Shown piece by piece: positions 48,401-62,180 of a DNA stretch of 64,000 nt (positions are counted from its first letter, which is position 1; each line of letters opens with the position of its first letter). Origin of the DNA: Gracilinanus agilis. Lineage: Eukaryota. The notes beneath the pieces were generated by a model. It saw only the letters and a list, made by a program, of their open reading frames with translations, did not search any database and was not told where the DNA came from. The translations under genes and the position numbers were made by a program. The stretch lies in assembly GCF_016433145.1 (NCBI RefSeq), contig NC_058131.1, positions 106,341,301 through 106,405,300 of the forward strand. Reading direction: 5' to 3'.

Positions 48401-48550
48401 TAAATGATCATTCTATTACAAATATTAATAATATGGAAATAGGTTTTGAACAATGATACATGTATAACCCAGTGGAATCACTTGTCAGCTCCAGGAAGGG
48501 GGAAGGAATGGAAAGAATATGAATCATGAACCAAGGGAAAATACTCTAAT
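45408..48550 (+). mobile_element. 5'-truncated L1 (ORF2 from the endonuclease C-terminal region to the 3'UTR), degenerate, with a SINE inserted at ~46232-46410
   Basis: Translation TITDFIEQNDNEETTYQNL*DTAK and KLEKEQIKNPQ-type ORF2 segments, RT-region remnants and an opossum-type 3' end. Contains stops and deletions. Confidence 0.9.
46232..46410 (+). mobile_element. SINE nested in L1
   Basis: TSD aaatac(t/c)agcaaaaa. Confidence 0.9.
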
Positions 48551-48599
48551 TAATTTTAAAAAATAACTGGGGTGTGGGGGACAGAGTTATAAAAATTTA

Positions 48600-49650
48600 A
48601 CTTAAATGTTCCCTATTTTTTAAAAAAAGCAAAACTAGAAAAGATACAGTAGAATTGGGAAAAGGATCTGTATCAAATATCACTAACAAAGAATTGATAT
48701 ACAAAAACAAAGGTAACTGATATATATATTACCATGAGCCAGTCTCCAAAAAGTAGCTAAAATACATGAAGTTTCATTAAAATCTCATGAATTATAAACA
48801 ACATAAAGCACATGAAAATCTGTTCCAACTAAGAGTAAGAGATATGTAAATTAAAATAAGTGAAGTTTAACTTCACAAAATGCAAACTGAAAAAGATAAT
48901 AAAAAGTGAGAAAAATCATTTTTAGAATATTTGGGAAATCAAGAAAACTGGTACAAAATTAATAGAACTGTGAACTGATCTAAAGGGTATGTATTTCAAT
49001 TTAGATTTATGAAATAAAAATCATTAAATAATCTATACTCTGATTCAGCCATTTAGAATCACTAAATTGGGCATAATGGTACTGAGGATAGCAAAGTCTT
49101 CACTACTGAACATTTGCTCTAAAGTAAGTCAAAGACAGAAAAAAATGTTCGAAACTTAGCAAAATTATTTGTAACAGAACTGGAAGCAAAGTGGGTATCT
49201 ATCAACTGAGGAATAAATAAAAAAAAAACAACAACTATGGTTTATAAACATAGTGGGATATTACTGTGTCTTAAGACATGATGAATATAAAGAAGTAAGA
49301 AAGCCAGGAGAATATTTATGAACTAATTAAGCAAAGCAAAATAAAAAGAACCAAGAAAACACTATATCCAGTGACTATAAATTGTAAATGAAAAGTCACT
49401 ATAAAGAAATAAAAATTTTGAATAACTGAAAAATCAGTGAAGGTCCTACAGAACAGATAATAAAACACAGAGAGAGGTGTAGGACTTGATAAGGATAGAT
49501 TCACTTATTGATAAAAATGGTCTTTCATATATTTTTAGCTGATTTTTTCCCTTTGTCAGAAGGGAGAATTCAATCTGCAAGAAGAGATGGGAAATGACTT
49601 CAATAAAGATAAAAGGCATCAATAAAAATATTGGAAAAATACTTATGTTG
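48600..49650 (+). mobile_element. Older L1 3' relic
   Basis: A-rich, with degenerate L1 ORF2 C-terminal and 3'UTR motifs. Confidence 0.55.
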
Positions 49651-49756
49651 AAGAAAAAGCAATTCTTTTACAAAGTTATTTCTTTGATGTTTACTTTTTG
49701 TATTAAATTCATTAAGCTAACTGGAAAAGCTATAAACAAGAAAAAATGAAAATTAC

Positions 49757-50034
49757 CGATCTTCGAGGTCCTTATGTTCTACCTCAAGATTTTTGTGTAC
49801 AGATTTTAGTGTTCCATGTTTGGAAATGAGAGACTCATACTCAGAAGCTTGGCGTTCATGAAGACTTTCCAATTTTTCATGGTCTTTAACCAGTGCATCA
49901 TAGAGAGACTTCAACTCTTCCCTTTCTTTGACTATAGAGTCATTTTCATTTTCTAACGTGTGCTGCTGAGCAGATAGTTGGGAATTCTGGCTCGTAATTG
50001 AGGTATTTTGGGAATTAAGGGTAGAGTTTTCCAC
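49757..50034 (-). CDS. CCDC88A: CCDC88A exon VENSTLNSQ...EVEHKDLED(R)
   Basis: taacag|GTG acceptor and CG|gtaatt donor. 278 nt, phase 0 to 2. Confidence 0.95.
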
Positions 50035-50355
50035 CTGTTAACAACAGACAAAAAAATAAGACTGATTTATGAAAAAATTAGTAAAAAAAAAAAAGGGTTT
50101 TTAAAAACATTTTATGACTCATGTCAAGAATTCTTATAAATTAAGAAATCATAAATCTGCTCATATTTATTTAAAATTAAAAAAATTAAAAACTAAAACT
50201 TTTGCTAAAAATTGGCTACAGTTATATTGATAAAATATTTCTAATAATATGTAGGTCAGAGAAAAAAACCTATTCTTTTTTCCTTTCAAAGATTTCTAAA
50301 CAGATTTTTTTAAGCTTAATTTTTGAAGGTGAGGGAGAATGATTAAAAAAAAAAC

Positions 50356-50754
50356 TGTAATGGAGCAGAGAAGACTAAAAAGTAACAGAGCCCCTCATGG
50401 GCCCCTCACAGGAGCCGACAGCCTAGCTAGGTTTTCACCCAACTGCTTATCTCACTTCCCTTTTGTCCACTTGCCTGACCCTCCCTAGCTGCTAACAGCA
50501 CCATATTTTGCTTCTGAGAAACCGCTTGCTTGCTTAAGGAATGTTTATTTTTGAACACACCAATCCAATCCTTTGAAATGTGCACCAAGGAAAAGTTCCT
50601 GCCAACTTATTTTCCTATATATGTTCTGTGCATACTTATGGGGGGTGCGATTCTCTCTCATGTGAGGAAGATGCCCCAGTTGGCCGGCTACTAAAGGTCC
50701 CTAAAACTTCTAAACCTGAGTTGTTTGGCATTTTTCAGGAGATGTCCCACTTCA
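50356..50754 (+). mobile_element. Solo LTR (~400 bp)
   Basis: TG...CA termini, 4-bp TSD AAAC, GC-richer than flanks, TATA-like tatata inside. Orientation inferred. Confidence 0.75.
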
Positions 50755-50769
50755 AAACAACAACTTTTA

Positions 50770-50940
50770 TCTTCTATCTTAGAACTGACAGAAGTATCAA
50801 TACCAAGGCAGAACAGCCATAAGGGCTGGGCAATTGGGGTTGAGTGACTTGCTCAGGGTCATATAGCTAGGAAGTGTCTGAGAACATATTTGAACCCAGG
50901 CTCCCAGGATTACAGGTCTGGCTCTCTGTCCTACCTACCC
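50770..50940 (-). mobile_element. SINE, partial
   Basis: Reverse-oriented core next to the solo LTR. Confidence 0.75.
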
Positions 50941-51576
50941 CAAAGCTGGTTTTTTAGCGAGAGACCTATCTCTTCTTTTCTTAAGCTGTAGTAAGATTTA
51001 AATTCTTGGAAGGAAGGAATTATTTTGTTTTCCCAGTGATTTGCACATTAATTAGGTCCTTAAATATCTGGTGACTTGCCAGATTGATGAGACCAACAAC
51101 ACAGGCAAGGTTTAAAAGTGCTACCCTACCTGTATAGCTTATTTTCTAGTAATTGACTTACTTAGAGATCTGAAAAAAAGGAAACCAGGGTTCATGTGCT
51201 ATAGTTATGACATGAAACAATATCTACTATGATATCTTAACTTATAAGTCCTAAAATTTATTTCATATTTTATATGCCCTTACAGATATCCACTCTTATT
51301 TTACTTATTTTATATTTAGAATCCCAATAATCTTGATAAATACACTAAATATTATACTATAACTACTGAGATCTCATTACTATGTATATATACACACACA
51401 CTATATATATATATATATATAACTCTAAATATTTTAATTAATCCATGGTTAAGTTTTTACAACAAGAATTAAGTATTTGACTTAAAGGGTTATTATGGAT
51501 AGCAAAGTTTTCCATTCATAAAAGAATTTCTACTTTTGATGAAATTCTCCCACCAAAAATGTAATATGAAAATTAC

Positions 51577-51738
51577 CTGAAGCTTGGCATTCTGAGTCTG
51601 AAGGGTAGTATTTTGTTCTTGTAAATTAATAGTCTGCCGCTGAAGTACAAGAATCTGGGCCTGTAGATTATTGTTCTGTGTCTCAAGTTGCTTCAACTGA
51701 GTTTTCAATGCTTGTTTCTCTGCTTGCAGGGTAGCATT
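51577..51738 (-). CDS. CCDC88A: CCDC88A exon [11 protein letters not shown]...QTQNAKLQ
   Basis: actaag|AAT acceptor and CAG|gtaatt donor. 162 nt, phase 0 to 0. Confidence 0.95.
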
Positions 51739-53437
51739 CTTAGTAAAGAAACAACATAAATTTAAAAATACCAACTCAAGTCTATGATCTATTTGCTGAA
51801 TAAGTATCAAAGTATCCAAAATAATTACAGATTAGATAAGGATTTTTGGGAAAGAATTTTAAATGAAATTTTAAACTCAAAAGAAATTGGCTATAATTTT
51901 GTCAGCCTGGGGATCCAGCAGTCTGCAATCTATGGCTTAGTAGGTAAATATTAGGAAATTGCCTGAGTTACATTTAGGTTAAATGACTTTTCCAAAGTAA
52001 AATATTTAATAGTGCCAGATCTTCCTGATTCCCAGCCCAGAACTCTGTATTCACTATATTACACTGCCTTATTAAACTTACAACTTCTCTGGAAATTCAA
52101 GAAAAGACAATTCCAATAATGACAGATTTTTGCAGAGTTTTCACAATGACAAAGCATTTAACATGCTATTTAATTAAACCCTCATTATACAACCTTGTAA
52201 AATAGGTAAAGCCTGCTAAAGGTTTTATCTTCAATTTTCATATGAATAGAAGAAAGGTCAAAGAGGTTAAATAACTTGCTAAATATCAGCAAGAATTAGT
52301 CAAGAAGAGATTCAAATCCAGGTCTTCAGAGACAATCCAGTACAATTTAATTATAACTACTGTATCTGGGTTTGATTCTATCTACTGTGCAATATTAGGA
52401 AATGTAGGAAAAATTTTATGCTATACTATGAACATCAGAACACAATGAAATAACAGTAAATTTTTATTATTTCATAAGTAACACAAACTTAGAGGTCAAG
52501 AAATCAATAAGACCAATTTAGACAGTCTTTTTAAAAATTTGGTTCAGATACTTAATGGATCTGACCTATATTATATAATAATATTATTTATATATTCATA
52601 GTATAAAATTCCACTAAAATTCCTTTTTGTTTGTACTCCTTGGACAAGGTACAATATAACATATTTTCAACTACTGCATTTGCATAATGGAACATCATTA
52701 TATTTAACAGGGTTAAAATATTTATTTACTCTGAATAGATCTAGAATTTCTAATCTCTTAGAATTGTACACCTCATAATTTATAAACCTGTATTATATAA
52801 TGCAAATCCCATCAAAAAAAAGAAAGAAAAAGTTAAACACTTAAAATGATGGGGCCTGTCCTAAAAATATAAAATAAAGAGAAACATTAGGACTGAAATT
52901 CCAAAGAATGCCTTTTATCTCTTTATCAGATTAAATATCAAAAATCAAGAATAACATTGAGTTTTGTTGGTCTTTTATGTCACATTAAAGTTTTGCACTG
53001 ACACTGTATTAAGGGAATATAGTCTTACAATAGTACTAGTTAAAATTTAGAGAAAATAAAATTTAAAATAGCATTTACAATAGTCTGAAGCATTTTTATA
53101 AACAGCTATCACCTGCTTACTTGATTAGACTAAATAATTTCTGCTACATGAAATTATTATTATTTTTAAAAGCCCCACTGAATTAATTTAGTTTTTGTTT
53201 TCTGGAAGGAAAAAGGAAGAGACTACATGAAGATAGCATTCCCAGAATAGTGGTTCTCAAATCTTGTCACATGGAGACACATGGAGGTCCCCAAGATGAT
53301 TTTGGGGATTCATGAGGCCAAACTATCCTAATAATACAAAAACATTTGAATTTCTAATGAGAAATATAACCAACATAAACAAAAATTCTTTGCAGAGTTC
53401 AATAATTTTTAAGACTATAATAAAAGGATAACGAAAT

Positions 53438-54190
53438 TGTTGTGAGGGAACTTGACGTGAACTCCAGGTTCGTGACAGGTACCTTTTGCATTAAAAATAC
53501 AAGACTCTAAAACTTAGCTTTAAAATAAAAAGAGAAATTTATTAATTTAGTAGTAATGTTGAAAGGTGGGGAAGACACTGCTTCCTAGAGGAGATGGATT
53601 CTGGGCTTCTTACACCCTTTGACAACAGTGGCTATGTGACCAAGGATTAGGGAATGGAATGAGGCTAGATAGAAGGGAGGGATGTTTGTCACCTGAGTGG
53701 GGCTAGAGTGATATTTTGTGTTCCAAAGACGCAGGGGGTGACCAGGCATTGATTAGGGGACAAGTAGATGTCCTAGATTACAGCCTGATGGTATCAGAGA
53801 ATAATCAGAAGATGTATATCTGTGGCAATCTCAGGGGGGCAGGCCTCTGATGCCCAGGGTCACCTTTTCCAGGATACTCCAAAATGTAAGGAGGGAAAGG
53901 AATTTTCCTGCTTTCTTTTTTTTTTTTGACCTGAAACACTTCTAGAGTTTGGGGTGTCCAAGGGAGTCCCATGCCAAAATGAATAAATTTAAGAGTCACT
54001 TCCCTAGAGGAACTTCTGCCTTGGAAACTCCCTTATACTCCTCCCTGATAACTGCTTCTCCTGGGTCATTATTTCTGTAAAATCTCAGTCATGAAGCTTC
54101 ATTTCACTCCTTACTGAATCTCAGGCCATCTTCTCCTTAGCTTAAAACTCCTCCTATTTATTCATCTCCAATTTTGATACCATGATCAAA
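53438..54190. mobile_element. LTR-like element adjoining a hAT MITE relic (53250-53430)
   Basis: Starts TGTTGTG with LTR-like composition. Right end and TSD not resolved. Confidence 0.4.
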
Positions 54191-54559
54191 TAAACTGCCA
54201 GCATTCTTGGATAAGGTTTATCAATCTATTTTTCCATTCCTATGACTTTCCTGGCCAATAAGTCACTCTTTGGCTACCATTCAACTATGTGTATCGTCTT
54301 CCTCCATTAAATTGTAATTTTCTACAGGGCAAGGACTCTGTCTGGGTAATTTTATCCTTAAAACTTAGAACACTCAGATACAGCAGAGTACATCTTTTGT
54401 AGTAGGTTATGCCAAATGAACACCAATTCTAATAGGTTTTTATCAAATTGGTCAAGTATAATACTAGGCCAAGTTTAGAGGGGATTCAGAGAGGCTCACC
54501 ACTACCACTAGTGTGTCAGTATTCAGTCAATTACCATTTAAACATCAAAGTGTCAGGAA

Positions 54560-56560
54560 TTAATGAAGCACTAGGAATACAAAGAAAGACACTGCCATCA
54601 AGGAACAGACAATTTAATATACAAACTATGTACAAACAAGATATGTATAGCACAGATTGCATATAATCTCAAAGGAGAAGCACTAAGGTTAACAAGGGCT
54701 AGGGAAAGTGTTCTTGCAGAAGGTAGGACTTTAGCTAAGAGACCTGGAGGAAGCCAGGGAAGCCAGGAGTCAGAGATGAAGCACTGAGGAACAAGGAAGC
54801 CAAAGTACTTATAGAGAAATAAGACATAAAAGAACTGGAGAGATAAGGAGTAGTTTTTAAAATGAGAATATTTTATATTTGATACTGGAGGTAACAAGGA
54901 GTTATTGGAGTTAATTAATGGGAGGAGGGCTGCAATGGTCAGGCCTGAACTTTAGCAAGACTGCTCTGGCAACTAAGTGGAGAATATATTAAAGGAGAAA
55001 CTGAAGCTGGGAGACCAACCAGTAGGTTACTGCAATAGTCTAAGAAAGAGTTGATAAGGGCTTGCACCAGGACAGTGGCAGTATCAGAAGAGAGAAGTTT
55101 AAAAAAATAGAAATGATAGGAGTTAACAAATGATTGGATTGGAGTTGAGAGAGTAAGAAGTCCGGGGTGACTGTTGTAGGTTGTGAGCCTAAGGTTCTGG
55201 GAGGAGGACAGTAGGAGAAGGGGAGGAGTTGGGATGAAAATAAGCTTAGTTTTGGACATGTTGCATTTCAGATATCAACAGGGAATGTAGTTCAAGATGT
55301 TCAAAAAGGCAACTAATGATGTGAGACTTGAAGTCACCAGAGAAGTTGGAGCTCGACGAGCAACTCTGAGAGTCATCTGCATAGAGATGATAACTAGAAA
55401 TCATGGGAGTTGATGAGATCAAGTGAGATAATATAAACAAAAAAGAAAAGAGAGCCTAGGACAGAACTCTAGGAATAACTAGGGGGTGTGAAAGAACTAG
55501 CAAAGGAGAAGCAATCAGACAAGCAGGAGGAGAACAAGGAGAAGAGTGCCATGAAAACAGAGCAAATCAAAGGCTGCAGAGAAGTCAAGGAAGCTCAGTT
55601 GAGAAAAGGTCATTAGATTTGGCAACTAAGAGATTAATAAATTTGGAGAGAACAGTTTCATTGGAATCAGAAATTTGGAAGCTGGATTGTGAGGGCTTGG
55701 GAGGAAAAAGAGATTGCAATAGACATACCTATTGTAGATGGTCTTTTAAAAGATTTAGATCATTTACAGTAACTTTGGAGAGAGCATGTTTATTGAATGA
55801 TGAGATGAGAATCCAGAATATAAAGGGAAAGGGGGTGGGGGGAAGATACAGAGGGAGAGAGGAATAGGAGAGGGGCAATGATCTAGAGGTTCATAACCAT
55901 AAACAATTTTAATCACAAAAAACAGAGAGAGGATGACAGCAGGAATAGACAGAACAAGTGAGATTTTTTTGAGGATGAGAAAGACAAAGGCATGTCTATA
56001 GACAGTAGGGAAGTAGCCAGTACACAGGCAAATAAACTTGAAGATAGCAGCAGAAGTGATGTGAGATGAGGGAAGAGGAAGTTCTTGGTGACTGGTTTCA
56101 GCTTTTTTTTTTTCCCAGGAAAATAAGAGGCAAGTTTCTTAGATGAGAGGGTTGGGGAAGAAAAGGCATGGGACATCTGAGGAAGGAAGAATTTGGAAAA
56201 AATTACTATGTTAAGTGGAACAGCAATCTATTAGAAAGGTATAAAAGAATTAGATTGCTTTCCCACAATGAGGGCCCAGTTATCTACCAGAAACTTGTGT
56301 GGACCAGACAGCAGTAATTTCATGACTTTCTCTAGCTTCATTCAGTAACATGTGAGTAGGAGCAAAGGCTGGGGATGGTAGGCATAATCCAAAACCTGGG
56401 TTTTGAAGGCAAGATCTTTGACAAGATAACTTAGAATTGGTTCACCAAAGGTTAACAATGATGACCTGGGAAAGAACTGAGGGATTAGAGCTCATAATAA
56501 AGACGGAAAACAGGATTTTTGGGAAGTTACAAAATAGATAAAGAGGTGGAATGACAAAAA
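54560..56560 (-). mobile_element. Long L2 relic
   Basis: Purine-rich reverse-oriented L2 sequence (ttttggacatgttg, gagatgataact). Confidence 0.7.
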
Positions 56561-57279
56561 ACTGTGATTAGATAAAGGAATTTCAGAGTTCTTAAATGTG
56601 GATATGTAATATTTGTGAGTAAGGAATACTTTTGTCATGGTGACTCATTAAATAGATAAAAATACAAGATATTCTCTGCCTTCTGTGATTTCCTTCTGCT
56701 TGATGAAATGGCAGAAAAGAGGTAGAAGCTGCCAAACATCACGTTGCTCCCAAATTTTCTACAAATATTAGTTTAACTGCTAATGACTAGCAACATCCCA
56801 TAATAACTAGTGTCAGTCTATGTACTGACATTTCCCCCTACAAATGAAACCTAAGTGCCACTAAATGGAAGGATGACTCTGGCTACATCCAAAGGGAGAA
56901 TGAAGGACATGGTAGGGAGTGGCTTCACTATATAATCAAGGTAAACAGAGAACAAATGATTAGAAGATATAGCACCTTATGCACCACATCTATTCAAGGA
57001 TGATTCGAATTAAGGTTTGCAAAGCACTTTACATGCTATTTCATTGAATTCAATATTGCAGGAGCCATTTAAATCTGTTCCATACAAGAAAAAGAAATTC
57101 TACAAAATGCCTTTTCATTCAGAAATGACAAGTAGTCATGCAATCTTTGCTTGAAAACCTCCAAGGATGGGGGACCCATTATATCTAGAGGCAAATTTGG
57201 GAAACACAATATGACACATTTGACTAAAGAATATTCATGTTATACCTACATTGTATATTTTTTAAACTTCTACTCATTA

Positions 57280-58100
57280 TTTCTAGATATGTCCTCAGGG
57301 GACAAACAGCACTGCCCCTTCCAACTCCATTTCTTCTTCAGGCTAAATATCAGTTCCATCAACTTTTCCTCTTATGACAAATCCTTCACCATCCTAATTG
57401 CCCTCTTCTGGATAATCACCAGTTTATCAAGTGCTTCTTAAAATGGAGTACCAAGAATACTCCAGATGTTATCTGATCATGACAGAGTATAGCAGAACTA
57501 TCTATCAGTGCCTTTTTCCTGGAAACCAGGCTTTCTCCTCTTTCGTTACTGCAGCTTATAATTATATCATCATTCTTCATTGCCATATCAAAACTTGAAC
57601 TATTATGTGAAAAGAAATAATGAATATTAAGTCCAGAAAAAGTGGAGCAAGGTTGGAAAAGGCTTTCTGAGGCAATCTGAGAAGTCCACTAGGATGTATT
57701 CTTGTTCTCTACAGTCATACTCCCCACCATCTTGTATTAGTAAAGTTGATTTTTGAGCCTAAATTTTAGAATTCACCTTGGTCCCTATTCTACTCATCCA
57801 GCATAATGTTTTACCCTGTTCAGATTTAGGCAAGAAAGGATTCTGAGTTCCTTTTCAGCTCTTAAGATTATATGATTTTGGCACTCCCTCTGCTGATAAT
57901 GATATAATTTCTCTGGCTTAGTAGTAGATGATCTCAGAATTGTGGTGGCTAAAAAATTCATCACCTTGTGTTCAACCTGGTGATGAGCTTCTCTCAAACT
58001 TTGCTTGACAGGTTCTTGAGCTAAATTCATAAATTGTGCCCATATTCCCAGTCACATTCCTTACTACAATGAGAAATCAGAGTAGGGCTTTCTCTGATGT
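57280..58100 (-). mobile_element. L3/CR1 relics
   Basis: Reverse-oriented CR1-like RT segments. Confidence 0.4.
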
Positions 58101-58393
58101 TTAAAGACACTATTTTTGTAAAGATGTGGAGTGACTTGGAAGAAAAATTAATCTATAAAAATAACAACTATAGTTACCATCAAGTATGTCATTCACTTCA
58201 CTGTTCTGACTTTCAAAAAGATTTGTTGAAGTAAATTCTTAAGAATATTAATAATCTTAATAATTTTAGTTGTATTTATAATAGGTATTTTAAAAATGAA
58301 GTAGTAAAATACAATTAGATAAACTTCATGATTTATATTTTAAGAAATCTTTACTTTCAAATATTTAGATTCAATAAATTCTAGTAAACTTAC

Positions 58394-58558
58394 ATTCCGT
58401 TCCACCTCAATTAACCTGTCTTTAACCTTCAAAAGCTCTCTAGTTGTCTCTTGACTTTCTCTTTCCCATTTAGTATCATCACCAGATCTTGGAGGAGAAT
58501 TCTGCAGCATTCTTTCTTCCTCTTGCCGTTGTTTAAGAGCTTCATAATTCTTTTTCAC
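58394..58558 (-). CDS. CCDC88A: CCDC88A exon VKKNYEALKQR...KDRLIEVERN
   Basis: ttttag|GTG acceptor and AAT|gtaagt donor. 165 nt, phase 0 to 0. Confidence 0.96.
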
Positions 58559-58939
58559 CTAAAATATTACCAAAATATATTAAATACAGAAAAATTTTTA
58601 ATTTTAAATTTATCCATTTTAAAAGTTATTTCCCTTACTTTGATTCAAATGAATATATTTATGATATATTGTGCTAAGTAATAAATACAAAGCCAAAACC
58701 AAAACTTCCCTGTTCTCAAGATCATTTTTTAAAACTTATATCCTATGAGTACTATTCTTTTGCTTGTCCAATAAATTTGGATCAAATTTTTTAATAGTAA
58801 AAGATCTATATATAAAAACAATTATAATGAAACCTCTGATAGACTGTGGACAGCAAGGAAAAATGCATGGAGGGGGCAGCTAGGCAGCTCAGTGGGGATG
58901 GGCATAGATCACTTTAGCAGAGGAATGCAGGATGGACTG

Positions 58940-60850
58940 GATTGGGGAGAGACTTGTGGAAGGTAGATCAGCCAGCAGATTACTTTAATATTTCAAGTAT
59001 AATTAAGAGTCTATACCAGGGTGGTGGCAGTATCAGAAGAGAGACTTGGGGTGTCACATATAGGTGATGCTGCAAAGGTAAAATCAAAAAGGTTTGGCAA
59101 TGGATTGGTTGGAAGTGGGGGAGATGAGAGAGTAAGGAGTTAAGGATGTTAGTCTGGGAGCCTAGGAGGATGCTCTTACACTCAACAGGAGTAGGAAAAT
59201 TTGCAAGGGGGTAAATTTTGGGGGGAAAAGATAATGAGTTTGATTTTTGACATGTTTAGGATGTCTATTGGACATCTAGTTAAAGATGTCCAAAAGGTAG
59301 TTGGAAATAAGACCAGAGGTCACCAGAAGGGTTAGGACTGGAAAAGTAAATTTGAGAATCATTGGCATAGAAATAACAATTGAAACCCAGGGAAATAATG
59401 AGAATATCAAGTAAAATAAATAGTACAGAAGGAGAAAAGAAGAGGAACCAGAAGAGAGCCCTACAACAAACCTATGGTTAGCTAGCATGATCTGGATATA
59501 AAGATCTAGTGAAAAAGTGTGAAGATTGGTCAAACAGGAGAGCGCAGTGTCCTGAAAACCTAGAAAGAAGAGACCATCAAAGAGAAAAGGGTGACTGACA
59601 ATGTCAAGCCTACAGGGATGTTAAGAAGGATGAATACTAAGAAAAGGCCAATAGATTTGGCAATTATAACCATCTTAATGTTGGAGACTCTCTCCATTGA
59701 CATTGATGAAGTTGAAAGACCATAAAGAGTTAACTAGAGAATGAAGTGGAGCCAGCTATTGCAAACAGCTTTCTGAAGGTACTTAGCTACAATAGGAAAG
59801 ATCAATATAAAACAACTGCTAGTAGAGATGGATGGATTGATCAACTTTAACCTTTCCTATTATCTCCAGACTCACATTTCCAAATGCCTACTGTGAAGAT
59901 GGGATTAACTCTGCCCCTGCCCATTTTTAGAGTTAATCATCAGAAGCATATACACCCCACTTATCTTAAGTGTGGGGAGGTCTGTGACCCACGTGTGATG
60001 GTGGGTGATAAATCAGAATCAGCTGACTATACCTTGGGCAGTCCTAAGCAAAGCTTTAGCTGTAATTGGTCCATGTAAAAGTGGAAGGAAGGCACATGGA
60101 GTGATGAAAGAAAAGGTCTTTAAACTTCCTATGATGAGGTCTTTTGCCTTTAACTTGAACTTGAAAGAGCTCTGGCTTGGGACCTCAGACTGCTCTTGGA
60201 TTTTTCCCTTAAAACTACCTCGTGGGTGATTGAAAAAGACGGACTCCTTTTCCTACCTTTTCTGAGAGGTACTTAGCCTCTGGAGAAAAGCCCCTTGTCT
60301 TGGAAGAGGCCTCGTGGCTAAAACCCTTGTGTAATTTAACTCTGGGCCCCCTTTGCTGTGGCCTCTGAAGCCCTGCCTGGTTCAGACCAGGCTGGAGTAA
60401 TTATCTTCTCTTTCTGATTTCCTTACTTTCACTCTCTCTCTCTATTTTATAAATAAATTGCTAAAAAGTCATTCTGACTTAAGTAATAATTATGGCAACC
60501 ACATTCTTCATTAATTTAGTTCAACCTTTAATTTTTACCCTTTACACTACTGGACATCTCAAACTGCATATCCTGTAGACATCTTAAATTCAACATATTA
60601 AAAATTTAACTCATCTTTTTTTGCCTAAACCCTCCCCACTTCCAAACTTTCGTACTACATTTGAGGGTACCATTATCCTACTGGTTGCCCAGGCTCATAA
60701 TCTCTTTTGAACAATTCCCATCTTCCTTATCCAATCATTTTCAAAGTCCTATTTATTCTATCTTTTTAGCATCTTTAATACACAGGCCCTTTCTCTCTTT
60801 GGATACTAAAGCCATCTTATATGGGTTCCCATCACCTCAGGGATGGACTA
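58940..60850. mobile_element. L2 relics (58940-59800 on -, 59850-60850 on +) around the solo LTR
   Basis: Typical L2 motifs. Confidence 0.55.
59892..60546 (+). mobile_element. Solo LTR (655 bp) inserted into an L2 relic
   Basis: TG...CA termini, 4-bp TSD CTAC, AATAAA 60452-60457. The L2 sequence rejoins across it. Confidence 0.85.
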
Positions 60851-61757
60851 CTCCAATAGCCTGCTGGCCGATCTTTCTGACTTATCCCTCTTGGTTTGAA
60901 ATTATTTTTATGCTTCAGAAGCCACAACATATTTGTATACAAATGGCAATGAATGTGTACATCCTAAAAGAAGTTTTTGAGTTAGAAGAAAATTCATTCT
61001 TTGCTTCTTCTCTATTAATATTTTCCTTTGAAGATGTATGTTCTCATCAATAGTAAACCTCTATCTTCTACATATATCCTTAATGTCTATTGACTTTACT
61101 AGCTTCTTTACCTTCCAAAATTGACATTTCTTTTTCTTGATTGTGAGATTCTGCCTACTATGTTTTACATAAAGCCTAAAGATTTTGTTCCTTTTACCCA
61201 AACAGTATTAATCCTAGCCTCTGGTTTATATGCACAAATAAAGATTAAGTTATTTAATTAAGTTATTCTTGAAAAGAATGAAGCTTTACTCAACTGTAAA
61301 TCTCCCATATTCAAATCTATGTATGTATACTTTGTCACAAAAATACTAGAAATAGTAAATAGTTAATAAAACTATTCAAGATGTTCTGATTCAACTTTAA
61401 CAGCTTTCAGTTAAGTCAAAACTAATTAAAATATTTTTTTAAGAAAAATTTTCCATGGTTACATGATTCATGTTTTTACTTTCCCCTTCACCCCTTCCCC
61501 CATATCCAAAGCACATTTCCACTGGTTTTAACCTGTGTGATCAATCAAGACTTATTATACATATTATTGATAGTTGCGTCGGTGTGGGCGTTTCGAGTCT
61601 ACATCCCCAACCATATCTGCATCAACCCTTAATTAAAATACTTTAAAAATACTTTAAGACCTCTTTTCAGCTTCAGAAAAAGACAGTTAGATTTTTGTCT
61701 TCTTTCTTTAATATATAAAATGTCCTAAATTTAAATAAACATAAATGCTCTACTTAC

Positions 61758-61896
61758 TGTTTTAAGTTCTTGGCGTAGTTGCTGGTTAAAATTAGTTGAT
61801 TCTTCTAATCGAGCTTCCAAAGCAGCAATTTTTTCTTCCTTTATTTCCAGGGATTTCTTTAGTGTAGACTCTAATTTTGACTCCAAAAGCTTATAC
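61758..61896 (-). CDS. CCDC88A: CCDC88A (Girdin) coiled-coil exon (R)YKLLESK...RQELKT; tandem acceptor can start at 61899
   Basis: tagcag|GTATAAG acceptor and ACA|gtaagt donor. 139 nt, phase 2 to 0. Matches Girdin. Confidence 0.95.
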
Positions 61897-61976
61897 CTGC
61901 TATTCATAACAGAAGAACATGTCATTTAACTATCAGCTCAGTTATCAGTCTCCTTTTAAACTGACATGGGGGTTGA

Positions 61977-62180
61977 GGGGGCATCTGGGTAGCTCAGTGG
62001 ATTGAGAGCCAGGCCTAGAGATGGGAGGTCCTAGGTTCAAGTCTGACCTCAAGCACTTTTCCCAGCTGTGTGACCCTGGGCAAATCACTTAATCCCCATT
62101 GCCTAGCCCTTACCACTCTTCTGCCTTGGAGACAATACACAGTATTGACTGCAAGAGGGAAGGTAAGAGTTAAAAAAAAA
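61977..62180 (+). mobile_element. SINE1_Mdo-like SINE
   Basis: A tail and degenerate 20-bp TSD. Confidence 0.9.
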
